Of a DNA stretch of 32,000 nt, positions 7,315 through 16,725 are shown one piece after another. Under the pieces are notes generated by a model. That model did no database searches, was not told the origin of the DNA, and worked only from the letters and a program-made list of their open reading frames with translations. Numbering within the stretch: position 1 is the stretch's first letter; each line of letters opens with the position of its first letter. The position numbers and the translations under genes were made by a program. Origin of the DNA: Candidatus Arthromitus sp. SFB-rat-Yit (GTDB lineage Bacteria > Bacillota > Clostridia > Clostridiales > Clostridiaceae); NCBI RefSeq assembly GCF_000283555.1, contig NC_016012.1:540001-572000 (forward strand). Reading direction: 5' to 3'.

Positions 7315-8385
7315 GTGAATATGGATAATGTTTGTGTTATAGATGTTAGATCCGAAGATGAATTTAAAAATGGGACAATAAGTGGTGCGATTAATATTCC
7401 TATACTTAATAATAAAGAAAGAGAAGAAGTAGGTTTCACCTATGTTAATAAGAGTGTTTGCGATGCGAAGAGGTTAGCATTAAGGTACGCAGGATATAAA
7501 CTTGAGGATATCTTTAATAAAGTTTCTGAGGTTTTTGAAAATAATAAAGAAATTGTATTTTTTTGTGCACGTGGGGGAATGAGAAGTTTAACTGTACATA
7601 ATTTGTTTAACTCTATTGGGATAAAAAATTATAAATTGGATATGGGATATAAGGGTTATAGAAAATTTTTGAGGGAGAATTTTGAAAATTATTTAAAGAA
7701 TATAAGATTCATTGTCATTCATGGGAAAACTGGAATTGGAAAAACAAAAATACTAAAAGAATTAAAAACACAGGGTTATCCTGTTATTGATCTTGAGCGT
7801 GCGGCGAATCATCGTGCTTCATTTTTGGGTGGAGTTAATCTCGGAGAGCAAAATTCTCAAAAAAACTTTGAATCAATAATTTTTCATGACATTTTAGAAA
7901 TAATTAAAACAAATAAATGCGACGATTCTGAAAAAATACATGTATTTATAGAAGGAGAAAGTAAGAGGATAGGTAAAATTATAATACCTGAATATTTTTT
8001 TAAAGTTATGAATGAAGGCATTCATGTTTATGTGGATTTACCTATTCAAATTAGAGTTGAAAATTTGATTGCGGATTACTTAAAGGTTTCGCTTAGTGAG
8101 ATAAAAAATAGAAAAGTTAATATTGATAGTGAAATTTTGAAAGATTTTAAAGAGAGTATGAATCTTCTGGATAAATACTCAAACAAAAATAACATGGAAG
8201 AGTATAGGACTTTGTTTAAAAACGCGGAATATGAAAGGTTAGCAGAGGTTTTGATTATGAATTATTATGATCCTAAGTATTTAAATTCCATGGGTAAACA
8301 TAATTTTGAGTTTAAGTTTGAGTTGAATAATTTAAATGAATTTTTAATTGAGTTAAAAGGCGTGTATAAACTATTGAAAAAATAA
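7315..8385 (+). CDS. selU: tRNA 2-selenouridine synthase (rhodanese + P-loop)
   Basis: N-terminal rhodanese domain with active-site FFCARGGMRS and a Walker A motif, IHGKTGIGKT. Domain order and length match SelU/MnmH/YbbB. The true start may be further upstream at 7282 (see findings). Confidence 0.8.
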   Translation: MNMDNVCVIDVRSEDEFKNGTISGAINIPILNNKEREEVGFTYVNKSVCDAKRLALRYAGYKLEDIFNKVSEVFENNKEIVFFCARGGMRSLTVHNLFNSIGIKNYKLDMGYKGYRKFLRENFENYLKNIRFIVIHGKTGIGKTKILKELKTQGYPVIDLERAANHRASFLGGVNLGEQNSQKNFESIIFHDILEIIKTNKCDDSEKIHVFIEGESKRIGKIIIPEYFFKVMNEGIHVYVDLPIQIRVENLIADYLKVSLSEIKNRKVNIDSEILKDFKESMNLLDKYSNKNNMEEYRTLFKNAEYERLAEVLIMNYYDPKYLNSMGKHNFEFKFELNNLNEFLIELKGVYKLLKK

Positions 8386-8474
8386 TTATGGATAAAATTA
8401 ATTTTTATGGAAATACTAATATTTAAATTATTATGATTATGGTTTAATGTTTTAATTTTCTAAGAGGTAGTTTC

Positions 8475-9536
8475 ATGAGAAAAATAATTATTTTTGTCAT
8501 AGGATTTTGTTTGATTTTTAGTTTGAATGTAAACAGCAAGATTTTTGGTAGGGATACTAATTTAGTTGATATTATTGTGTTTAAAAATTTTAGTTACAAG
8601 CAACTTAAAGATGATTTTTTAAAGCAGGTGGGTATTGATATAAATTACGTTACTATTTTAAATCACGCTAACAAAGAAGTTAATGAATCTAATTATAAGG
8701 AAATTTTAACTAATTTTCATAATGAATTGATCTATGATTATAAAGATGTATTTGGTAAGAAGGTAATTAAAAATAGAAATGTATATATTTTGCCAGAAGA
8801 TGAATTTAAAAATAGTTTGAACATAGATGATAAAATAAAAATAAGTAGTGTGTCAGTGGATACCGTGTATAATGATACATCTGCAAATAAAATATTAGTT
8901 GGGAAAATATATTCTTCGCCAAAGTTAGATGATAATAAAGATTGCTATATTATAAAACTTGATAGGAATAATGGAATAATTTGGGGGAAATTATTTGAAG
9001 ATTCTAAAATAAATAGATTCAATAAAATTATAGGAATTTTGGATAATGAGTATTACGTGATAGGATCGGGATATAGAGAATCGGACTGGACTGATGGATT
9101 TATAGCAAGATTTGATAGTGATGGGAATCAAATTTGGAGTGATTTTTATGGATCATCCCATATAGATGATTTTAAAGATGTTGTATCTATAGGTGGTGGC
9201 GAAGTTGTTGTTTTAGCCGAAGTTAGTAATCAGGATGGAGATGTAAAAACGACTATTAGTATAAATAATCCTTTGAATAAAGATTTGGTATTGCTTAAAT
9301 ACAATAGTAACGGTGAAATAGTTTGGCAAAATAGTATAGTGAATGAAAAAGATTTATCAGGATTAAAAATTATAAATAACTCTGATAATATCGTGGTTGT
9401 TGGAGAAGTTTTTAATTGTAATAATTTTGATAAACAAAGAGATATAATATTATCTACATTTGACTTAGATGGAAAGATGAAACTTTGTACGATAATAAAT
9501 GATTGTGATGAAAATATGTTAAATAAATTGTATTAA
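8475..9536 (+). CDS. Secreted hypothetical protein with beta-propeller-like repeats
   Basis: RBS AGAGG precedes the start. Signal peptide: MRKIIIFVIGFCLIFSLNVNS. Repeated D-x-(D/N)G-x-I(I/V)W motifs: NNGIIWGKLF, DGNQIWSDFYG, NGEIVWQNSI. Confidence 0.6.
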   Translation: MRKIIIFVIGFCLIFSLNVNSKIFGRDTNLVDIIVFKNFSYKQLKDDFLKQVGIDINYVTILNHANKEVNESNYKEILTNFHNELIYDYKDVFGKKVIKNRNVYILPEDEFKNSLNIDDKIKISSVSVDTVYNDTSANKILVGKIYSSPKLDDNKDCYIIKLDRNNGIIWGKLFEDSKINRFNKIIGILDNEYYVIGSGYRESDWTDGFIARFDSDGNQIWSDFYGSSHIDDFKDVVSIGGGEVVVLAEVSNQDGDVKTTISINNPLNKDLVLLKYNSNGEIVWQNSIVNEKDLSGLKIINNSDNIVVVGEVFNCNNFDKQRDIILSTFDLDGKMKLCTIINDCDENMLNKLY

Positions 9537-9549
9537 ATATGTACATAAT

Positions 9550-9589
9550 AAATAGGTATCAGGTTATCCTGATACCTATTTATTTTTTT
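9550..9589 (+). terminator. Strong Rho-independent terminator
   Basis: A perfect 14-bp stem pairs aaataggtatcagg with cctgatacctattt around a 4-nt loop, followed by a T7 run. Confidence 0.8.
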
Positions 9590-9600
9590 AGGAGCGTGTA

Positions 9601-10932
9601 ATGATTAATTATATAAATTACGGAGGAGCTGATGGTATAACAGGGGCGTGTCATATGATCTGTACAGATTATGGAAATATATTATTGGACTGTGGAATTT
9701 TTCAAGGTAAAGATATAAAGAAATATTCTAATACAGATTTTTATTTTGATGTGTCTAAAGTTGATGCTATTGTTTTGAGTCATGCTCACATTGATCATTG
9801 TGGACGGATTCCTATTCTGTACAGTATGGGGTATAGAGGAAAGGTTTATGGAACAAAAGCAACAAAGCTTTTATCAAAAGTTTTATTGGAAGAGAGTTTG
9901 AAAATATATAATTCTTCTGAGGAAAGTGATAAATTATTTGATGATAAAAGCCTTGATATGTTTATAGAAAACTATGTTGAATTAGATTACAGAAATAAAA
10001 TTGAGATTTTAAAAAATATATATGTTGAATTGTTTGATGCTGGACATTTGTTAGGATCTGCATCTATTGTTTTGGAAATAAATGACAAGTCAATATTTTA
10101 TAGTGGTGATATAGGGAAATTAAATACACCTATATTGAAAGACCCAGAACAAGTTACTGATGTTAATTATGCGATAGTTGAAAGTACTTATGGAAGCTTG
10201 GAACAACATGAAACGAATGAGTTTTTTGATAAATTTAGAGAAATTATTATTGGCACTTTAATGAAAGGTGGTAAGTGCGTAATACCAGCTGCAACTGTTG
10301 GAAAGATGCAAGAAATATTGTATTTGCTAAATGATATTTATGAAGAAAATAAATTTAAATATAAAGTGTATATAGATAGTCCAATGTCTACTAAAATTAT
10401 AGATATTTACGAAGAGTGTGAAGAAATATATGATGATGAAGCTAAAGAAAGATTGGACAAAGGTGACAACCCTTTATATTTTGAATCACTTAAATATATA
10501 ACGACTAAAGAAGAATCAATTGAAGTTCAAGAAAATAATGAGCCTTATATTGTTTTAGCAGCAGGGGGAATGTGTGAGGGTGGAAGAATAGTGTATCATC
10601 TAAGAAAGCAAATTGAAAATCCTCTTAACTCTATCATATTAATAGGAAATCAAAATCAGGGAACGTTAGGATGGAAGTTAAGTAATGGAGTCAAAGAAAT
10701 AAAAATATTTAGAGATAAATTTAGAGTTAATGCTAAAATTTTTAATTTTCCAAGTTTATCTGGACATGGAGATTGCAATAGTTTAGTTAAATATCTATCT
10801 TTTATGGAAGAAAAACTTGAAAAATTATTTTTAGTTCATGGAGATAGAAAAAGTCAAGAAGGTTTAAAAAATAAATTGGGTAATTATGATATTGAATATA
10901 CGAAATTTTTGGGAAAATATAGTTTAGGATAA
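9601..10932 (+). CDS. MBL-fold metallo-hydrolase, beta-CASP family (RNA-metabolising nuclease)
   Basis: HAHIDHCGR (HxHxDH), FDAGHLLGS, YSGDIG, the ESTYG beta-CASP motif A, and C-terminal SGHGD / VHGD motifs. RBS AGGAG precedes the start. Confidence 0.8.
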   Translation: MINYINYGGADGITGACHMICTDYGNILLDCGIFQGKDIKKYSNTDFYFDVSKVDAIVLSHAHIDHCGRIPILYSMGYRGKVYGTKATKLLSKVLLEESLKIYNSSEESDKLFDDKSLDMFIENYVELDYRNKIEILKNIYVELFDAGHLLGSASIVLEINDKSIFYSGDIGKLNTPILKDPEQVTDVNYAIVESTYGSLEQHETNEFFDKFREIIIGTLMKGGKCVIPAATVGKMQEILYLLNDIYEENKFKYKVYIDSPMSTKIIDIYEECEEIYDDEAKERLDKGDNPLYFESLKYITTKEESIEVQENNEPYIVLAAGGMCEGGRIVYHLRKQIENPLNSIILIGNQNQGTLGWKLSNGVKEIKIFRDKFRVNAKIFNFPSLSGHGDCNSLVKYLSFMEEKLEKLFLVHGDRKSQEGLKNKLGNYDIEYTKFLGKYSLG

Positions 10933-10995
10933 AATTAAAAAATAACATACTTAACAAAAAATACACAATTTATTTAAAAAATGTCAATAAAAATT

Positions 10996-11004
10996 TGTTA
11001 TAAT
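10996..11004 (+). promoter_or_regulatory. Extended -10 element (TGtTATAAT) upstream of the PFOR gene
   Basis: TG at 10996-10997 and TATAAT at 10999-11004, about 80 nt upstream of the start codon. Confidence 0.4.
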
Positions 11005-11084
11005 TTAGCTTGTAATAAAATTATATAGCTTCTTCAAAAAAATGTTCTTAAGTATCAGTATTAGTATGGAAAGAAGGAATTAAA

Positions 11085-14000
11085 TTGATTAAAAGAAAGA
11101 CAATGACTGTTGATGGTAATGGTGCTGCAGCATACATTGCATATGCGTTTACAGAAATAGCAGCAATTTACCCTATATCACCTTCAAGTGGTATTGGAGA
11201 AAATATAGATGAGATGGCATCACAAGGCAAAAAAAATGTGTTTGGTAGGGTTGTTGATGTTATAGAAATGCAATCAGAAGCAGGTGCATCTGGTGCGGTT
11301 CACGGATTACTACAAGGGGGAACTCTTACAACTACTTATACAGCTTCTCAAGGATTATTATTAATGATACCTAACATGTATAAGATTGCTGGTGAGTTAC
11401 TTCCAGCTGTATTTTATGTAACAGCAAGAGCTATAGCAGCACAAGCTTTATCTATATTCGGAGATCATCAAGATGTTATGGCTACTAGGCAAACAGGATT
11501 TTCTTTATTGGCACTTAGTGGAGTTCAAGAGATTATGGATTTAGCACCTATTGCTCATTTATCATCGCTAAAAGGTAGAGTTCCATTTCTTGTGTTTTAT
11601 GATGGATATAGAACATCGCATGAAGTTCAAAAGGTAGAAGCGTTTGAATATGAAGAATTAAAAAAATTAATTGATTTTGATGCGTTAAATGATTTCAAGA
11701 ACAATGCATTAAATCCTGGTAAACCTGTAACTAGGGGTACTGCACAAAACCCTGATATATATTTCCAAGCGAGAGAAGCTGCGAATAATTACTATGAAAG
11801 GTTACCAGAAATAGTTGAACAATATATGAATAAAATTAATGAGCTTACTGGTAAGAATTATAAATTATTCAACTATTATGGAGCACAAGATGCTGAAAGA
11901 ATTATAATTTGTATGGGATCTGCTGCGGAAACTGTAGAAGAAACTGTTGATTATTTATTGGCAAAAGGTGAGAAAGTCGGAGTTCTTATAGTTCATTTAT
12001 ATAGACCATTTAGTATTAAGCATTTATTAAAAGAAATTCCTATGAGTGTTAAGAAAATAGCTGTTTTGGATAGAACTAAAGAGCCAGGATCTCAAGGTGA
12101 ACCATTATATAAAGATGTTTTAACTGCGTTTTATGGAACAGATAGAAATCCAACAATAGTTGGAGGTAGATATGGATTAGCTTCTAAAGAGCTTAACCCT
12201 ACTCATGTTGTTTCTGTATTTGAATTATTAAAATCTGAGGATGTATCTAATGGATTTACTGTTGGTATAGTAGATGATGTTACTAATACTAATATTAAGT
12301 TGGTAGATGATGTGTTAATAGAAGATTCAGCGATGATTAGCTGTAAGTTCTGGGGATTAGGATCTGATGGAACTGTAGGGGCTAATAAAATGGCTATCAA
12401 AATAATTGGAGATAATACTGATAAACATGTTCAAGCTTATTTTGAATATGATTCCAAGAAATCTGGAGGAATAACAATTTCTCATTTGAGATTTGGAGAT
12501 AATAGAATTAGATCTACTTATGGAATAACTAAAGCTGATTTTGTAGCTTGTCATAATCAATCTTATATGAATAAATATGAAACAATTGTTTCTGGAGTAA
12601 AAAATAATGGTACATTTTTATTGAATACATTGTGGACACCAGAGGAATTAGAAGAAAAGTTACCTGCACATGTTAAGAGAACAATTGCAAATAATAATAT
12701 ACATTTTTATACAATAAATGCTGTTAAGATTGCTAGAGAATTAGGTCTTGGCGCAAGAATTAATATGATAATGCAGTCAGCGTTCTTTAAATTATCAGGA
12801 ATAATACCTGTAGAAGATGCTGTTAAATATTTAAAAACATCTGCAGAAAAAGCTTATAGCAAAAAAGGTGAAAAGATTGTAAAAATGAATTTTGATGCTA
12901 TAGATGCGGGCGTTTCTTCTTTAGTAAAAGTTGATGTTCCAGAAAGCTGGAAAAATGCACAAGATACTGATAAAAGTGATTATTATGTTTGTAGTTTAGA
13001 AAAAACTGATTATGTGAAAAATATTCTTGAACCAGTAAATAAACTTCAAGGAAATGAATTACCTGTAAGTGTGTTTAAAGGTAGAGAAGATGGTACATTT
13101 GAAAATGGAACTTCTAAATTTGAAAAGAGAGGTATTGCAGTTACTGTACCTAAGTGGAATCCTGAAACATGTATTCAGTGTAATATGTGTGCGTTTGTTT
13201 GTCCGCATGCTGTTATTAGACCTTTCTTATTAACAGATGATGAGATAAAAAATGCTCCAGAAGGATATTTGTCTGCTGAAGCAAAAGGTATTAGAACAGA
13301 AAAGAAATTGAATTTTTCTATACAGGTTTCTATAGAAGATTGTACAGGATGTGCTAACTGTGTAGACGTATGTCCATCTAAGCCAAAATCATTAGAGATG
13401 GTTGCAACTGATGGTGAGCGTACGAAACATAAGCAAGAGCATTATGATTATTCATTTGATTCAGAAAAAGTTGAACCTAAAGAGAATCCACTTCCTCTTA
13501 CAACAGTTAAAGCAAGTCAATTCCAAGACCCATTAATGGAATTTAGTGGAGCTTGTGCTGGATGTGGTGAAACTCCTTATTCTAAGCTTGTGACTCAATT
13601 ATTTGGACCAAGAATGGTAGTTGCAAATGCAACTGGATGTTCTTCAATATGGGGAGGATCCGTGCCTGCTATGCCTTATACTAAAAATAGTGAGGGAAGA
13701 GGACCAGCTTGGGCTAACTCATTGTTTGAGGATGCTGCTGAGTTTGGTTATGGTTTATATTTGGCTTCTAAGAATAGAAGAAACGATAACTTCACTTTAG
13801 CTAATGAATTAATTGAAAAAGGAAATATTTCTTCAGATTTAAGTTCTTTATTGAAAGAGTGGACTGAGAATTTTAATAATGGTGATAAGACTTTAGAATT
13901 ACAAAAGAGAATAGTTCCATTATTAGAGAAAGAATCTAATGATGTAGCTAAGAAGTTATTAGATAATAAAGAATTTTTAGTTAAAACTTCTAACTGGATA

Positions 14001-14636
14001 TTTGGAGGAGATGGATGGGCCTATGATATCGGATTCGGTGGATTAGACCATGTTATTGCACAAAATGAAGATATTAACATATTAGTATTTGATACTGAAA
14101 TATATTCAAATACTGGAGGACAGTCCTCTAAATCAACTCCATTTGGTGCTATAGCTAAATTTGCTGCACAAGGTAAGAGGGTTAAGAAGAAAAATTTAGC
14201 TGCAATGGCTATGAGTTATGGTTATGTTTATGTTGCTCAAGTATCTTTAAGTGCTGATTTCAACCAAACATTAAAAGCTATAAGAGAAGCTGAAGCTTAT
14301 CCAGGACCATCAATAGTAATTGCATATAGTCAGTGTATAAGCCACGGAATATTATCTGGAATGGGTACAGCTCAAAAACAAGCTAAGAGAGCTATTGAAG
14401 CTGGATATTGGACTTTATTCAGATATAATCCAGCATTAAAAGATGAAGGGAAAAATCCATTTATATTAGACTCTAAAGAGCCAACTCAAGATTTTAAAGA
14501 GTATATTAAGAGTGAGATAAGATTTAATTCTTTATCTAAAATTGTTCCAGATGAAATGGAAAAGATATTCGATCAAGCGGCTAAGGATGCTGAAGAGAAA
14601 AATAAACAATATAGGAGTCTTGCTGGTTTAGAATAA
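11085..14636 (+). CDS. nifJ: Pyruvate:ferredoxin (flavodoxin) oxidoreductase, single-polypeptide type
   Basis: 1183 aa. N-terminus: MTVDGNGAAAYIAYAFTEIAAIYPISPSS. Two 4Fe-4S motifs (CIQCNMCAFVCP, CTGCANCVDVCP). TPP-binding region: GGDGWAYDIGFGGLDH. Confidence 0.95.
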   Translation: MIKRKTMTVDGNGAAAYIAYAFTEIAAIYPISPSSGIGENIDEMASQGKKNVFGRVVDVIEMQSEAGASGAVHGLLQGGTLTTTYTASQGLLLMIPNMYKIAGELLPAVFYVTARAIAAQALSIFGDHQDVMATRQTGFSLLALSGVQEIMDLAPIAHLSSLKGRVPFLVFYDGYRTSHEVQKVEAFEYEELKKLIDFDALNDFKNNALNPGKPVTRGTAQNPDIYFQAREAANNYYERLPEIVEQYMNKINELTGKNYKLFNYYGAQDAERIIICMGSAAETVEETVDYLLAKGEKVGVLIVHLYRPFSIKHLLKEIPMSVKKIAVLDRTKEPGSQGEPLYKDVLTAFYGTDRNPTIVGGRYGLASKELNPTHVVSVFELLKSEDVSNGFTVGIVDDVTNTNIKLVDDVLIEDSAMISCKFWGLGSDGTVGANKMAIKIIGDNTDKHVQAYFEYDSKKSGGITISHLRFGDNRIRSTYGITKADFVACHNQSYMNKYETIVSGVKNNGTFLLNTLWTPEELEEKLPAHVKRTIANNNIHFYTINAVKIARELGLGARINMIMQSAFFKLSGIIPVEDAVKYLKTSAEKAYSKKGEKIVKMNFDAIDAGVSSLVKVDVPESWKNAQDTDKSDYYVCSLEKTDYVKNILEPVNKLQGNELPVSVFKGREDGTFENGTSKFEKRGIAVTVPKWNPETCIQCNMCAFVCPHAVIRPFLLTDDEIKNAPEGYLSAEAKGIRTEKKLNFSIQVSIEDCTGCANCVDVCPSKPKSLEMVATDGERTKHKQEHYDYSFDSEKVEPKENPLPLTTVKASQFQDPLMEFSGACAGCGETPYSKLVTQLFGPRMVVANATGCSSIWGGSVPAMPYTKNSEGRGPAWANSLFEDAAEFGYGLYLASKNRRNDNFTLANELIEKGNISSDLSSLLKEWTENFNNGDKTLELQKRIVPLLEKESNDVAKKLLDNKEFLVKTSNWIFGGDGWAYDIGFGGLDHVIAQNEDINILVFDTEIYSNTGGQSSKSTPFGAIAKFAAQGKRVKKKNLAAMAMSYGYVYVAQVSLSADFNQTLKAIREAEAYPGPSIVIAYSQCISHGILSGMGTAQKQAKRAIEAGYWTLFRYNPALKDEGKNPFILDSKEPTQDFKEYIKSEIRFNSLSKIVPDEMEKIFDQAAKDAEEKNKQYRSLAGLE

Positions 14637-14647
14637 ATTAATTTGGT

Positions 14648-14684
14648 AAATGTGAGTTGTTTTAATAACTCACATTTATTTTTA
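14648..14684 (+). terminator. Rho-independent terminator after the PFOR gene
   Basis: A perfect 11-bp stem pairs aaatgtgagtt with aactcacattt around an 8-nt loop, followed by a T-run. Confidence 0.75.
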
Positions 14685-15901
14685 TGGAGATGATTTTTAT
14701 AATAAAGACGTTTTTATTGATGATATTTTTAAGTTTATTTACTATAAATTCTTGTTCATATAATCGTATGATGGAAGAAGATTTAATTCAAGTAAAAGTT
14801 AATAAGCCTGATGAAATATTAGAAAAAATAAATTCTATGAATTTAGATGAAAAGATTGGACAATTATTTATAGTTGGATTTGATGGAGAGTCAAATTTGA
14901 CACAAGAAGATATTTTGTTAATAAACGATTACAAAGTTTCTGGATTTATATTTTTTAGGAGAAATATTCAAAGTTCTGATCAAGTTGTCAAACTTATTAA
15001 TGAAATAAAGACTATTAATAAAAATGGATCTAATATTCCGATGTTTCTTTCTTTGGATCAAGAAGGAGGGACTGTTACAAGACTTCCTAATGAGATTATT
15101 AAATTTAAGAGTGCACGTGATATTGGGAAAATAAATAATGAGCAGTATGCTTATGATACTGCAAGAGTTATGGGTGAGCTTGTACATAGTTTAGGATTTA
15201 ATATGAATTTTGCTCCAGTTTTAGATGTGTATACTAATCCTGAAAATACAGTCATTGGGTCAAGAGCTTTTTCTAGTGATAAAGAAATTGTATCAAAACT
15301 AGCAGTAGCTACAATGAAAGGACTTAAGGACAGTGGAGTTATTGCTGTAGGTAAACATTATCCAGGACATGGTGATACAAAAGAGGATTCACATTATGAA
15401 TTGCCCATAGTTAATCATGATTATGAAAGAGTTAAGGATATTGAATTGTATCCATTTAAGATGGCTATAGAAAATGGCATTGATTCAATTTTGGTATCAC
15501 ATTTACTTTATAAAAATATTGATTCTGAAAATATTGCCACTTTGTCTAAGGTTTTTTTGGATGATATACTTATGAGAGAATTAAGATTTAGGGGAATTGT
15601 TATAACAGATGATATGATAATGAATGGGCTTACTAAAAATAATTCTATTACTGAGGCTTGTCTTAAGGCTCTTCAAGCTGGGGTTGATATTTTGTTGATA
15701 GGATCTGGTTATCAAAATATTGTGGATTCAATTAACTTTATTAAGAACGCAGTTTTAAATGGTGAAATTTCTGAGTTTGAAATTGAAAAAAAGGTTTATA
15801 GTGTATTGAAAATGAAACAAAAGTATAATGTGAATAATGATAACGTGTCAAAAATTAATGTGGATGAATTTAATGACAAAATAAGAAATTTATCTTATTA
15901 A
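14684..15901 (+). CDS. nagZ: Glycoside hydrolase family 3 beta-N-acetylhexosaminidase (NagZ-like), probably exported or a lipoprotein
   Basis: GH3 N-terminal domain motifs: KHYPGHGDTKEDSH and GIVITDDM. Hydrophobic N-terminus with a Cys (LSLFTINSC). The start is uncertain because no RBS is present and the ATG lies in the terminator T-tract. Confidence 0.8.
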   Translation: MEMIFIIKTFLLMIFLSLFTINSCSYNRMMEEDLIQVKVNKPDEILEKINSMNLDEKIGQLFIVGFDGESNLTQEDILLINDYKVSGFIFFRRNIQSSDQVVKLINEIKTINKNGSNIPMFLSLDQEGGTVTRLPNEIIKFKSARDIGKINNEQYAYDTARVMGELVHSLGFNMNFAPVLDVYTNPENTVIGSRAFSSDKEIVSKLAVATMKGLKDSGVIAVGKHYPGHGDTKEDSHYELPIVNHDYERVKDIELYPFKMAIENGIDSILVSHLLYKNIDSENIATLSKVFLDDILMRELRFRGIVITDDMIMNGLTKNNSITEACLKALQAGVDILLIGSGYQNIVDSINFIKNAVLNGEISEFEIEKKVYSVLKMKQKYNVNNDNVSKINVDEFNDKIRNLSY

Positions 15902-15995
15902 GATTAACAAAAAAATAATATATTTACAAAAAATTCAAATTGTGTTATGATTAACTCGTGTCATTGTCATAGTGTTTTTAAAAGAGGTGAGTTGA

Positions 15996-16580
15996 TTGGC
16001 AGTTAAAAGAGAATGGACAGATAATGAGAAACAAAGTCTTTTAGAACATATAACTGAGTGTAAAAAACGCAAAATAACCGTTAAGGATGCAGCAAAACTT
16101 TTTTCAAACATGTATCCGCATATTACACCAGGGCAAGCTAGGGTTTACTATTATAAATTGATTAATGAAACAGAAAATTTTAAAAAGAAGTATCCTCAGA
16201 GGATTTGGACTGATGAGGAGAATAATATATTATTCGACTATATGGCAGAATTTAAAAATAAAAAGAAGATAGAAATATTTGATATGTTATCTGTTAAGTT
16301 AAATAGACATCCAAAGGCAATAGCATCACATTACTATTCTTTAAAAAATAATATTGATAGAGAGAATGCAACTTGTTATTCAAATATAATAAATAATACA
16401 AGTTCAAGTAATTTTGGTACTTTGTTTTTTAAGATTAGTAAAATACATGAAATTTATGAAAAGGCTTTAGAGATAGAATCAATTTTAAATAAAGAAAAAT
16501 CAATCATAGAATTAAAAGTGCAATTGAGTGAAGTTTTTAATAGGATTAGCAGTATAGAGCAAAAAATTGTAGCTTTTTAG
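15996..16580 (+). CDS. Myb/SANT-like DNA-binding protein (RsfA-family-like regulator)
   Basis: Two Myb-like repeats: REWTDNEKQSLLEHI...ARVYYYKL and RIWTDEENNILFDYM...IASHYYSLK. C-terminal predicted coiled coil. RBS GAGGTGAG precedes a TTG start. Confidence 0.6.
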   Translation: MAVKREWTDNEKQSLLEHITECKKRKITVKDAAKLFSNMYPHITPGQARVYYYKLINETENFKKKYPQRIWTDEENNILFDYMAEFKNKKKIEIFDMLSVKLNRHPKAIASHYYSLKNNIDRENATCYSNIINNTSSSNFGTLFFKISKIHEIYEKALEIESILNKEKSIIELKVQLSEVFNRISSIEQKIVAF

Positions 16581-16595
16581 ATTTATGTTTTTGTG

Positions 16596-16636
16596 AACTT
16601 CTAGTTTATTTATGACTAGAAGTTTTATTTATTTTT
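16596..16636 (+). terminator. Rho-independent terminator
   Basis: A perfect 10-bp stem pairs aacttctagt with actagaagtt around a 9-nt loop, followed by a T-rich tail. Confidence 0.7.
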
Positions 16637-16645
16637 ATAAGTTAA

Positions 16646-16674
16646 TTGACTAAAGTAGTTATATGTAATAGAAT
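16646..16674 (+). promoter_or_regulatory. Sigma-A-type promoter (TTGACT-N17-TAGAAT)
   Basis: -35 TTGACT at 16646-16651, a 17-nt spacer, and -10 TAGAAT at 16669-16674. It lies about 50 nt upstream of the DUF1450 gene. Confidence 0.55.
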
Positions 16675-16725
16675 TGAGTTGTGAATGTTGAATATTCTAA
16701 GTATCGATATGAGGAAGTGTAAATT

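Noticed and set aside
16700-16712. CGATAT resembling a SigD -10 element upstream of the DUF1450 gene
   Set aside because: There is no TAAA -35 at the right spacing, and a good sigma-A promoter (TTGACT-N17-TAGAAT) lies just upstream. The gene has no link to motility.
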